Positions 10,249 through 19,451 are shown, numbered from the stretch's first letter. The stretch is DNA of 64,000 nucleotides from Eggerthellaceae bacterium (GCA_036552405.1 JAXKCR010000001.1:64642-128641); one strand, 5' to 3'. Notes: generated by a model from the letters alone, not told the origin. Made by a program: numbers and translations.

Positions 10249-10440
10249 GCATAGAAAGCAGGGAGAACGGTAAAAGGGAGGGCCCGAAGGTCCTCCCTCC
10301 GATTCCAGGCTTCGCAGGTATCTGGAACCTAATCGCTTTGACGATTATCGGCTATTGCAAGAAATATCGCAAAGGCAGTTGCAAGTTTTGAGAAAACGTT
10401 GTTCTGTTGCAAAACTACCCTATAAGGACATAATCGCAAC

Positions 10441-10668
10441 ATGAAAAGAACGAACCACATAGCAATCATGAATGAGCTCTCGGCTTCCGAAGGCGTCTTC
10501 ACAGCCGCGCAGGCGAAGCGCCTGGGCGTGACGGACAACGCCCTTTCTAAGGCCGTCTCCTCCGGTCGGGCGGAGAGGGTCCTCCACGGCGCGTACCGGC
10601 TTGCGGGCGCGCAGATGATGTGCAAGACGCCAGCGGCCCTTGAGATGACAGTGAGGGAAGCGACGTAG
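10441..10668 (+). CDS. abiEi: AbiEi-family antitoxin, N-terminal wHTH domain only (75 aa)
   Basis: MNELSASEGVFTAAQAKRLGVTDNALSKAVSSGRAERVLHGAYRLAG matches the AbiEi_4 N-terminal domain. It lies immediately upstream of a nucleotidyltransferase toxin. Confidence 0.65.
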   Translation: MKRTNHIAIMNELSASEGVFTAAQAKRLGVTDNALSKAVSSGRAERVLHGAYRLAGAQMMCKTPAALEMTVREAT

Positions 10669-10677
10669 AAGCCAGCG

Positions 10678-11505
10678 ATGGACACCAACAGGGCCATCGC
10701 TGGCTTCTACTTTCACAGACTGCTCTGCCGCGTCTTCAACGACGAGGACTGCCGCTTCATCCTAAAGGGCGGCCAGGGCATGCTCGCAAAAACCATCGAT
10801 GCGCGCTATACAAGGGATATAGACCTCCTCGCAAAGGGCTCCGACCTGCAGGCTGCGCTCGCCGAGCTCGAGGAACTCGCGTCCATCGACCTCGGCGATC
10901 ACGTGCGTTTCGAGTTCGAGAAAGCCAGCCCTATCAAACTAGAAGACGAGTACAGGGGCGGTTGCACCGTCACATTCTCGGCGTGGATGGGAGCGAAGAT
11001 GGTGCAGGCCGTTTCCATTGACCTCGTCGTGGATCTCGTCGAAGGCGTGTCCGCAGAGCGGGTCATCCCCGTGGATCGCGTTGAAGTGGAAGGGATAAGA
11101 ACGGTCAGCTACATGGTCTACGGCGTGGAGGATGCGCTGGCCGACAAGCTGTTCGGTATCGCGGAAAAGCATGACGGGCGCCACTCCTCGAGGGTGAAGG
11201 ACCTGGTCGATACCGTCATCTACGCTTCATCCTGCACGATTGACGGAGATGCGCTCGCAGCGAAACTGAGGCGTGAGTCAGCGCTTCGCGGGGTTGTCCT
11301 GCCCGTCTCCTTTTCAGTTCCGATCGAGTGGCGCGAGAGCTACCGCCCCATGTTCGGAAAGCTCTACAGGCAGACTGGGATCGATTCCGAGTTCAGGGAG
11401 TTGGACTCCGCGGAAGGATTGGCGAAACGACTCTTCGATCCCATCTTGGGCTCACCCGTTGTTGTCAGAAAATGGAGCCCGAGCAAACTGGAATGGGAGC
11501 GCTGA
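10678..11505 (+). CDS. abiEii: AbiEii/AbiGii-family nucleotidyltransferase toxin (DUF1814)
   Basis: LKGGQGMLAKTIDARYTRDIDLL matches the GG-x-A/S...R-x-S/T-x-DID NTase motif. 275 aa. Confidence 0.75.
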   Translation: MDTNRAIAGFYFHRLLCRVFNDEDCRFILKGGQGMLAKTIDARYTRDIDLLAKGSDLQAALAELEELASIDLGDHVRFEFEKASPIKLEDEYRGGCTVTFSAWMGAKMVQAVSIDLVVDLVEGVSAERVIPVDRVEVEGIRTVSYMVYGVEDALADKLFGIAEKHDGRHSSRVKDLVDTVIYASSCTIDGDALAAKLRRESALRGVVLPVSFSVPIEWRESYRPMFGKLYRQTGIDSEFRELDSAEGLAKRLFDPILGSPVVVRKWSPSKLEWER

Positions 11506-11783
11506 TTCAGGGGGCAGGAGCACTATTCCCGCAACCGTGACCAGCCGTAACCTCCGTGACCTCCAAAACCACGGCGGAAACCCCAAAACCCGTGACCAAG
11601 ATTTGACCGCATGGGTTCTTCTGAAAAATTGCGACTGGGGTGTTTCTGGAAAAACTGGAGAGACTGAGATTGACGGGGGTAAACCCGATGAACTTCTTAA
11701 CCATTGAGTGGGAATAAACGAAAATCATACTTAAGGCACTAATTTTCACAATTTTAAAAAAATTGGTGCCTTAAACGCAAAAT

Positions 11784-11819
11784 AACACCTCCTAGCGTAT
11801 AATCTCGCTAGGAGGTGTT
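11784..11819 (+). promoter_or_regulatory. perfect 14-bp-stem hairpin that sequesters the Shine-Dalgarno of the AAA-ATPase gene; TATAAT in loop
   Basis: AACACCTCCTAGCG-TATAATCT-CGCTAGGAGGTGTT lies immediately 5' of ATG 11825. GGAGG sits in the 3' arm. Confidence 0.5.
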
Positions 11820-11824
11820 TTGCT

Positions 11825-13048
11825 ATGAAGCTATTTCGCAGAGAACAATATCTGAAGAAGATCCGCCCGTTTTACGATGATGACTTGATAAAAGTCATTA
11901 CGGGAATACGACGATGCGGAAAATCGTGCCTCATGGCAACCATCGTCGAAGAGCTCAAAGAGCGAGGGGTCCCAGAGAAAGACGTCGTCTACCTCGACCT
12001 CGACAAGCGCGGCAACCGCTCTATCAAGACCCCCGATCAGCTTGAGGCGGCAATCGAGTCGCGACTTGTCGATGACGACTTCAAATACCTCTTCATAGAC
12101 GAGGTCCAGAACGTCCGCGATTACGAGGAAGTCGTGAACGCGTTCAACACCGACGGCGGCTTCTCCATTTTCATCACAGGTTCAAACTCCTACCTTCTCT
12201 CCGGCGAGCTTATGACCAAGCTCACGGGACGTTATATCGAGTTCGAAATGTTCACCTTATCGTTTAGCGAATTCCTAGCCATGAAGGAATTCCTTGGCGT
12301 CGAGGCGAAGGACGATAGGATTGAGTTCGAAGAATACCTTCGCTACGGCGGCTTCCCCCGTTCCCTTAAATACGACGACGTCGAGGCGAAGGCTCACTAC
12401 ATCGAGGATGTCGTGAGGCAAATCATCAAGAAGGACATCAGATCTCGGAATAAGATACGAAACATCGACGCCTTCGAGCGCGTCACGAGCTATGTCATAA
12501 ACAATTACGGCGCACCGACAAGCCTCACCAACCTGGTTGATCACTTTAGAAACGTCGAGAACATCGCCATCGAAAGAAGAACCGTTTCTGCATACATCCA
12601 GATGTTGATCGACGCGAAAATTCTCTACAAATGCCAGCGTTTCGACCTGAAATCGAGGAAGTCTCTTCGAGGTGAGGAGAAGTACTACCTGGCCGATCCC
12701 GGCATCTACTTCGCGAGGAATGTCGATGTGCGTTTGAACTACGGACCATCTTTAGAAAACGCTCTCTACATCTACCTCAAGTCCCGTGGATACAAGCTCT
12801 CAGTCGGGCGAATCGGCAAGCTGGAATGCGACTTCATCGCCAGGAGCTATGACCATTATGCTTATATCCAGGTGTCTATGACGATCGTTGATCGTGATGT
12901 AGAAGAGCGCGAGTACAGACCGTTCAGCCATATCAGAGACGGATACCCGCGTTACCTTTTCACATTGGATCCGCTCTTGCAAAGGCGAGAAGGCGTGAGG
13001 CATCTTAATTTGATCGACTTCATGAAAAACGATGAAGATCTACAGTAG
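11825..13048 (+). CDS. AAA+ ATPase with C-terminal DUF4143 (COG1373-type ATP-binding protein)
   Basis: Walker A GIRRCGKS and Walker B LFIDEVQ, with a DUF4143-like C-terminal region. Lower-GC codon usage than flanks. Confidence 0.75.
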   Translation: MKLFRREQYLKKIRPFYDDDLIKVITGIRRCGKSCLMATIVEELKERGVPEKDVVYLDLDKRGNRSIKTPDQLEAAIESRLVDDDFKYLFIDEVQNVRDYEEVVNAFNTDGGFSIFITGSNSYLLSGELMTKLTGRYIEFEMFTLSFSEFLAMKEFLGVEAKDDRIEFEEYLRYGGFPRSLKYDDVEAKAHYIEDVVRQIIKKDIRSRNKIRNIDAFERVTSYVINNYGAPTSLTNLVDHFRNVENIAIERRTVSAYIQMLIDAKILYKCQRFDLKSRKSLRGEEKYYLADPGIYFARNVDVRLNYGPSLENALYIYLKSRGYKLSVGRIGKLECDFIARSYDHYAYIQVSMTIVDRDVEEREYRPFSHIRDGYPRYLFTLDPLLQRREGVRHLNLIDFMKNDEDLQ

Positions 13049-13642
13049 CGGGATGGGCTGACGCTCCGTCCAATTGTGAAAACCTATAGATTGTCACGAC
13101 AAAACGCTCCGTGGCAGAGAAATGACAACATCGATTTTCGTGAATCTTGTTTAACCCAGCGTAAAATTCCGCAAAATGGCGAACCGAGATTCAAACTGGA
13201 GAAAACAAGCACCGATCCTACCATCGAGTGGGAGTAGAACCAGCACCGCTTAGCGGAAATAGAGAAACCTGGGAGCTGCATTCCCAAATTCGATCGGAAC
13301 ATAGCTCGCATGGGCGCGCCTTGGCTTTTGGAGCTTGGGGGGCCGGACGCAAAATGAAAGCATCGCCTCATCGCTCTGTTCGACGAATACCCCTCCCTCG
13401 AAAAAATGACAAAAGCCGCATGGGTGTTAGCCATAAGTAACTTTCGCTTATAATCAACGGAGAAAGATCTCAGTGGTCCGAGACAGACACCGCAATAGCT
13501 GAGTTCGGCAGAGCGGCAGGATTCACCGAACCTAGCGTATTCACAGAGACGCTCCAGAAAGATGAGGGCTGCTTGCCTACGCGGTTCTGAATGCATCGGT
13601 AGTCGAGCGGTCATGAATATCATTTGCAGGGGGGGAGATCAC

Positions 13643-14464
13643 ATGTCGGAATTCAGCGCTATCGAAAACACTTTGTTCATCCCGCTACTGGGCAGGATCT
13701 ACGCCAGTGAGCATTTCCCGAATATTTTATATGACAAAAAAGCCCTATCGCTGAAAGGCGCCCTACCAAAAGATGCGTTGAATAACGGTTCCCAGAACCA
13801 GTACACCCTATTGGCTTCCGCCTCCCGCTCCGCCAATATGGACCGATACATCCAGCGTTTCCTTCTCCACAAGCCAGGCGGGGTAATCGCGGAACTGGGG
13901 TGCGGGCTAGAGACCACCTATTACAGAAACGACGATGGATATACCCGCTGGTACGCCATCGAATTACCGGAGGTAATGGCGTATCGCAATACGCTACTAC
14001 CGAAACCGGAACGACAGGAATGCTTTGTCGGCGACGCCTTTGCAGACGACTGGATCACACGGATTCGCATTGATGTACCAAATGCGCCGATGCTGGTTAC
14101 TGCCGGCGGCCTGTTTCACTATTTCGAAGAGGAAAAAGTACTTGACCTTCTGCGGATGCTGCAAAGCCTCGGAAATGTAGAGGTGGTGTTCGACAGCGTG
14201 AATAAAATCGGAATGGATATGATGCGGAAGAAATACATGAAGCAAATGGGGCATGCTGATGCAAGAATGTTCTTCTACGTGGATTCCGCAGCAGAGCTTG
14301 CCAGGAAAATCGGCGATGATATCTGCACCATTACAGAGGAACCTTATTATCACCATATCGACAAGGCCGGACTAAAGCTCTCTACGAAACTCAGCATGAG
14401 CGTATCCGACCGATTGCGCATGGTGAAAATGATGCATGTAAAAGAGAAGAAAGGAATTGCCTAG
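13643..14464 (+). CDS. class I SAM-dependent methyltransferase, TcmP/LCMT (O-methyltransferase) family
   Basis: VIAELGCGLETTY SAM motif I and a polyketide-O-MT/Ppm1-like overall pattern. GGGGGAG RBS before ATG 13643. Confidence 0.65.
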   Translation: MSEFSAIENTLFIPLLGRIYASEHFPNILYDKKALSLKGALPKDALNNGSQNQYTLLASASRSANMDRYIQRFLLHKPGGVIAELGCGLETTYYRNDDGYTRWYAIELPEVMAYRNTLLPKPERQECFVGDAFADDWITRIRIDVPNAPMLVTAGGLFHYFEEEKVLDLLRMLQSLGNVEVVFDSVNKIGMDMMRKKYMKQMGHADARMFFYVDSAAELARKIGDDICTITEEPYYHHIDKAGLKLSTKLSMSVSDRLRMVKMMHVKEKKGIA

Positions 14465-14746
14465 GTAAAGGGGTGAACAGGATTCCCCATTGAATGATAC
14501 AGTCGCCTCGTTGAGCAGGACGATAGATACACCCTTGAGCAATAAGGCACAGCAGCACCCTCAAAAGCACTTCGCGACAGCAGGAAACTCCCGATTTTCG
14601 GATATCATGTTACAACCAACATAAAATTTGCAGCGAACGCGATTTTCGGAAAATCCAACCCGCTTTGTTCCGCTGAATAACAGAGGGGCGCGCGGGATTT
14701 GCCGACAAAGCGATTTTAAATCGACCACGAAACGAGGAGCGCGCCA

Positions 14747-16777
14747 ATGAGAACCGCCCCTATTGGTTTTTACGACAAGGCCGCCGCGCAGAACAAGCGC
14801 CTCGCACGCATTATCGCGGTTGCCATGGCATGCATGCTCGCAATGCCGCTTGCACTTACCTGTGCACCCATGAAAGCATACGCCACCGAATCATCTTCGA
14901 ACATTACTGCGGGAGTCGTCGAAAGCAACGCCGCTCTCATTTATATCATGGCTAGATACGCAAATGCCGATTCGATGGAAGTAATTAACGCCACCGCCAA
15001 GCGCCTGGCACCCGGCACGGGAGATACCACGAGTGAAGCAGCCCAGATCGCACGAGCATACGGCCTCACGGAACTCATGAACGCAGTTGCTTACGGCAGC
15101 TCCTTCACAAGCGAAGACCTCGCAGAACAATTCAACAACCTTAATGGTGCGCCCGCCACGGATCCCAGCGTTGCCGTACAGGCGGCCACCGTCAAAGCTC
15201 TTGAGGAAAACCTGGAGTCGCTTATCTTTTCCAGCGAAGGCGTAACGAATGACCTTACGACCGCGCTCCGCATAGCCGCAAGCCCCATCACTAACACCGA
15301 ATCGGACGAAGTGCAGATCGCACGATGCAAACTGATTCCCGAGCTGTTCGACATTATCACCAGCAATGCAGCCGATGATCCAGATAGCGCCAACACCATC
15401 ATCGAGAACTTTAATCAGCTGTTCGGCGACGTTACCAAAACCCCCAGCGCTGCCGTACAGGAAGCTGCTGCTGAATGCTACGGAGCAGTGGTTGCCCAGG
15501 GTATCGGTGACGGATGGACCAAAGAACAGATAGAAGAATTCCTTGCCCGCACTACGCCCACCGTTTCTGATTGGGATAGCGATGCCGCCCAGGCGGGCCG
15601 TGCGCGTGGCATTGGGGATTTCCTTGTTGAGTCTAACGAAACCGCCCTTGAGGAAGCGGTCAACGTTTTCATCGCATTGACTGGCGAAAAAACCGATGCA
15701 CCCAGCCTTACCGTGCAAGCAGCCGCAGCCGAAGGGTCCGCCCTCTACATCCAGACACTCGCCCGCACACAGGACATCACCGCCGTGCAAAACGCCTATA
15801 CCCAGCTCATGCCATCTATCACCAACAAAACCGCAGAAGACGTACAGCTCGCCCGCGCGCAAGCATTAGCTACTTACTACGAAGCCATTGCCCGCACACC
15901 CGAAGATCGTGACCAACTCCACGCCATCTTCCTTGATATCTACGGCGCTGTCAGCAATTCACCCAGCATAGCGGTACAGGCAGCCGCCGCTGAATCGTAC
16001 GCCGCCTACTTCACGGCCCTCGCTCGACAACCAGGGTTCGCAGAAATGCTGACCGACGACGCGAAAGAACTCTCGCCCGCCATTACCAACAAAGACAACG
16101 CCACCGTTGCCGCAGCATGCGCCAGCGGAGCACGCACCCTAATTGAAGGTGCTGCTCGCCAACCGGAGGCTACCGACCTCCTTAAACAAGGTGGCGAGGA
16201 AATCGGCCTCCTCCCTCTTGCCAAGAGCGACACTTCGACCTTCCAAGGAGCGCGCGCTGCAGCACTGGGTAACCTGTATACCGCGCTATCCCGTCAGCCC
16301 GAAATGGCAGACACCTTAACGGACCTTTTCGTTGAGATCTACGGCGAAGTGCCCACCTATACGGTGACCTTCGATGCGCAGGACGGCAGCGAGCCCACTG
16401 TTGTATCTGCAAAACTCAATTCTTCCGTTGCCGAACCCGCGGATCCCGCGCGCACGGGCTACACGTTTAATGGCTGGGCGCTCAACGGTAGCGCTTTCGA
16501 CTTCGCAACACTTATTGATAGCGACCTGACCCTGACCGCTCAGTGGACAGCGAACACTCCAACTGAGCCAGAGAACCCGACCGACCCCAGTGACCCCAAT
16601 AACGGAAACGAAACTACGCCTGATCAGGAATCCAATGCAGACACATCCGCAAGCGAGCTTGCTAAAACGGGAGACTCGTCGGTCGCTTTTGCGGGTTCAG
16701 CCGCTGCTATTGCAGCTCTCGCGCTGATCGCCTGCCTCGCTGCCATTCGTCATCTTCGCGGCATTGGGAGGGAGTAG
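14747..16777 (+). CDS. cell-wall-anchored surface protein: signal peptide, ~6 tandem ~70-aa Ala/Gln-rich helical repeats, Flg_new (Listeria-Bacteroides) repeat, Pro/Thr linker, LAKTG sorting signal
   Basis: Signal peptide ...LTCAPMKAYA. Repeats carry the recurring motif ITNKxxxxVQxAR...IYGxVxxxPSxAVQxAAAExY. It has YTVTFDAQDGS...GYTFNGW, then LAKTGD followed by a hydrophobic stretch and a basic tail. Confidence 0.8.
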   Translation: MRTAPIGFYDKAAAQNKRLARIIAVAMACMLAMPLALTCAPMKAYATESSSNITAGVVESNAALIYIMARYANADSMEVINATAKRLAPGTGDTTSEAAQIARAYGLTELMNAVAYGSSFTSEDLAEQFNNLNGAPATDPSVAVQAATVKALEENLESLIFSSEGVTNDLTTALRIAASPITNTESDEVQIARCKLIPELFDIITSNAADDPDSANTIIENFNQLFGDVTKTPSAAVQEAAAECYGAVVAQGIGDGWTKEQIEEFLARTTPTVSDWDSDAAQAGRARGIGDFLVESNETALEEAVNVFIALTGEKTDAPSLTVQAAAAEGSALYIQTLARTQDITAVQNAYTQLMPSITNKTAEDVQLARAQALATYYEAIARTPEDRDQLHAIFLDIYGAVSNSPSIAVQAAAAESYAAYFTALARQPGFAEMLTDDAKELSPAITNKDNATVAAACASGARTLIEGAARQPEATDLLKQGGEEIGLLPLAKSDTSTFQGARAAALGNLYTALSRQPEMADTLTDLFVEIYGEVPTYTVTFDAQDGSEPTVVSAKLNSSVAEPADPARTGYTFNGWALNGSAFDFATLIDSDLTLTAQWTANTPTEPENPTDPSDPNNGNETTPDQESNADTSASELAKTGDSSVAFAGSAAAIAALALIACLAAIRHLRGIGRE

Positions 16778-16780
16778 CCG

Positions 16781-16912
16781 AGGCGCAAATGTGTCTACTT
16801 TTTAGACACCAATCGCAAAATTCACTATTTAGTGTCTATTTTTTGGCCTATTTTAGACACTTCGTGGCGAAAGACACTCGAAGTGTCTAGTTTGGCGACA
16901 CTATTCGTGCGC
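16781..16912. repeat. ~110-130-bp repeat copy 1 (three GTGTCTA/TAGACAC-type palindromic units), downstream flank of fic
   Basis: GTGTCTA-N6-TAGACAC, AGTGTCTA-N16-TAGACACT and GACACT-CGA-AGTGTC. ~95% identical over ~105 bp to 18205-18313. Confidence 0.8.
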
Positions 16913-18175
16913 AAACCCATCACTTGTGCCATACATCTCAGCGAATGCACCTAGGTCGGCAGCGTAGAGCATCTCCCGCCCTCTTCGATTTTTGCTGAGC
17001 GGCATAACGTCCTCTATTTCCCGAATCACCTTATATATCGTCGCTTTCGATACACCAAGCATGCCGCCAGCCTCCTTGGCTGACAAACCACAATCGGAGA
17101 AAAGAGCTGCCTGTATAAAAACATAGGCCAGATCGCATGCTTTTTCTGATACTTCGCCTGCTGATTTTATGGCGCGAGAAAGCAACTTTTCGTTTTCTAT
17201 AAGCGCTGCTTTTTTCTCTTCCAGCACTCGGCAAACGCGCTCTAGCGATTCCGCGATAACGTCGCAGAACATTATGACAAATGGGGTTATGTCACCCTTG
17301 CTCAACGGATGCTCCCCTAACGCAAAAGCACGATTATATTCTGCAAGGCGCTTTTTTATGGTGTACGACAAGCTATACCCCGCAAGCGACTCGCAGCAAT
17401 TAGAAAGATATTGGCTGCTTATAAACCGGTTCGTCCGTCCATTGCCATCGTAGAAAGGATGGATGTACCCGAACAGGAAATGAAACACAGCAATGCGCAC
17501 AAAATCATCTACTGCTGTTTCGTTGTTGAGAAAAACTAAGGACTTTTCCATTGCCTCAACAATGGCGCTCTCGGGCATAAGCCCGCAATGAATCTCCCGA
17601 TCTCCTTCGTCGTATACACTCACGCTGTCTTTCCTGAACAGCTTTCCATCGGGCGCGTTATCGGGCTTCTCCTCAAGCACTTCCTTTAAAACCAGCTCAT
17701 CGTAGAGATGCCTCGCATCAGTTGGATTATCAACGGCATCCCAATTACCAGAATTCAACATCACATACTTTTTAACCAAGCCGTGAAATCTCATTTTACG
17801 ATCTTTTTTCTCCAGGTTCTCAAGGATAACTTCGATTTCACGCCTTGTACTCCGAACGCCCTCTATCTCATTCGTCAGGACGATTTCGTCAATCAAGCAA
17901 CTCGTTGTAAACTGCTCGATCGCTTTACCTGGCAATGCGTGAACAAGCCTGAGGAGTTCTTTATCGGCCTTCGTCGCCCTTACCATGCTCTGGTATATAT
18001 CCGATGTCATAACGAAAAAACCAGGAGAACCAGCTATCGCTACTCCGAGGTGCACCGCATCGGGACCGTCAAAACGCGACTGATATAGAGCGGCGTCATC
18101 CACATCTTGCCGATGGAAAGCTGTTTTTTGATCGAGATATGCCACCGTGCCTCCTCCGACGAGAAATGGTTTCAT
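16901..18175 (-). CDS. fic: Fic-family protein (AMPylase-type) with C-terminal HTH
   Basis: Canonical Fic motif HPFYDGNGRTNR and a C-terminal HTH (GMLGVSKATIYKVIREI). 424 aa. Confidence 0.85.
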   Translation of the reverse strand: MKPFLVGGGTVAYLDQKTAFHRQDVDDAALYQSRFDGPDAVHLGVAIAGSPGFFVMTSDIYQSMVRATKADKELLRLVHALPGKAIEQFTTSCLIDEIVLTNEIEGVRSTRREIEVILENLEKKDRKMRFHGLVKKYVMLNSGNWDAVDNPTDARHLYDELVLKEVLEEKPDNAPDGKLFRKDSVSVYDEGDREIHCGLMPESAIVEAMEKSLVFLNNETAVDDFVRIAVFHFLFGYIHPFYDGNGRTNRFISSQYLSNCCESLAGYSLSYTIKKRLAEYNRAFALGEHPLSKGDITPFVIMFCDVIAESLERVCRVLEEKKAALIENEKLLSRAIKSAGEVSEKACDLAYVFIQAALFSDCGLSAKEAGGMLGVSKATIYKVIREIEDVMPLSKNRRGREMLYAADLGAFAEMYGTSDGFAHE

Positions 18176-18182
18176 TGCTACT

Positions 18183-18313
18183 TAGTGTCTATTTTTAGCA
18201 TATTTTTAGACACCAATCGTAAAATTCACTATTTAGTGTCTATTTTTGGCCTGATTTTAGACACTTCGTGGCGAAAGACACTCGAAGTGTCTAGTTTGGC
18301 GACACATTTTTAC
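18183..18313. repeat. repeat copy 2 (direct orientation relative to copy 1), in the fic promoter region; carries an extra partial unit at its 5' end
   Basis: Same palindromic units as copy 1. It begins 8 bp upstream of the fic start codon. Confidence 0.8.
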
Positions 18314-18596
18314 TCATAAAGACTTTACGCCATTGCGACATCGTCAAGAGACAACTTGTTTAGACTGGCCCCAAGAAAGCCATTAGTCTTGTTGCCTCAC
18401 GGAGCATTCACGACAATCAGCCGAATCTCTCTAACCGAAGCTATAGAAAACCGACCAGCACACAAAACGTCGTCTTGAGCCGACACAACTAACGCTATTC
18501 CGTCCGCTTCGATTGATAGACCGCCTCATCAACCTCTCGTATCATTTTCTTCATCGTATGAAACATATGAATCGCTTCGCATAGAGAGGTGGCACC

Positions 18597-18695
18597 ATGA
18601 CGGCACCGAAAAACAACCTGCTTGTCCAGGCGCTGGGGAAGTTCGCGCTAGGGGTCGTTCTGGTTTCACTTCTAGTATTTATCCCTGGCGGCTGA
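18597..18695 (+). CDS. 32-aa hydrophobic ORF resembling the N-terminus of ICMT/PEMT-family methyltransferases; probable gene remnant
   Basis: AGAGGTGG RBS. MTAPKNNLLVQALGKFALGVVLVSLLVFIPGG*. The downstream sequence does not continue the family. Confidence 0.2.
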   Translation: MTAPKNNLLVQALGKFALGVVLVSLLVFIPGG

Positions 18696-18791
18696 TCCCT
18701 AGAGTCTGGTGACAGTCGGCGAACCAATGCATCCGCACCATTCAGGCATCTCAAGCAAGAGCGCGCAAGCGCCTACCGGCCCGCAAGCCCC

Positions 18792-19451
18792 CTACCCCAG
18801 GAACTGCTGGTAAAAGTCGGCGTCCGCGAACACGTACGCAGTCGAAGGGTCGCTTCCCAGAACCATGACGGGTACCCTGATAAGGCCGATGATGAGAAAC
18901 GCTGCGGCGAGCACGGCAAGAAGGACCTGTCTCTTGTCCAACTCCTCTGACTTCCGCAAACGCACGATGCAGTAGATGCTCAGCGGGAGCATGAGCAAAA
19001 CCGAATTCGCCATGCCGGGCGTATAGGGAAACGCCATGCCCGCATCCTGGAACATGCCGAAGGCCATAACGCCGAATACCACGTGAATGATCGTCTGGGC
19101 AATGCCGAAAAAGGCGATCAGGAGCTCGATCCATGGCTTTTCAACGCCCTTGAACATGAACACCGCGAATACGATTTCCGCGGTAAGGTTCGTTACCATA
19201 GCAGACAGCGTATTGAGCGGATACGCATTGCCGTTCGTGCTTCCCTGCACCACATTGAATACGTAATGGAATCCTCCAGGAAGGGCGTATTCTTCGATCA
19301 TGTGAAGCGCCAGAACAATAACGAACACGCCGCTGATTTTCCTCGTAACGGACAGGCTTCGCCATTTCGCAGCACAAAAAACCAGAGCCATCGCCCCGAT
19401 TGCGCCAACCATAGGCACCCAACAGGAAACAACGAAATCAAGTACGACCAT
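18792..19451 (-). CDS. HXXEE-domain membrane protein
   Basis: ALHMIEEYALPGGF matches the HXXEE family, with several TM helices. Start at ATG 19451 preceded by GGAGGA; the longer ORF-track start lacks an RBS. Confidence 0.65.
   Translation of the reverse strand: MVVLDFVVSCWVPMVGAIGAMALVFCAAKWRSLSVTRKISGVFVIVLALHMIEEYALPGGFHYVFNVVQGSTNGNAYPLNTLSAMVTNLTAEIVFAVFMFKGVEKPWIELLIAFFGIAQTIIHVVFGVMAFGMFQDAGMAFPYTPGMANSVLLMLPLSIYCIVRLRKSEELDKRQVLLAVLAAAFLIIGLIRVPVMVLGSDPSTAYVFADADFYQQFLG

Noticed and set aside
13084-13623. 179-aa minus-strand ORF in the 13.0-13.6 kb gap
   Set aside because: Low-complexity, Cys/Ser/Phe-rich translation with no start context. The region is better treated as non-coding or degraded.
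16781-18313. Possible CRISPR array, given the short palindromic repeated units
   Set aside because: Only two large copies flank a gene. The units are irregularly spaced within a 110-bp block, not uniformly spaced repeats with unique spacers. No cas genes are present.
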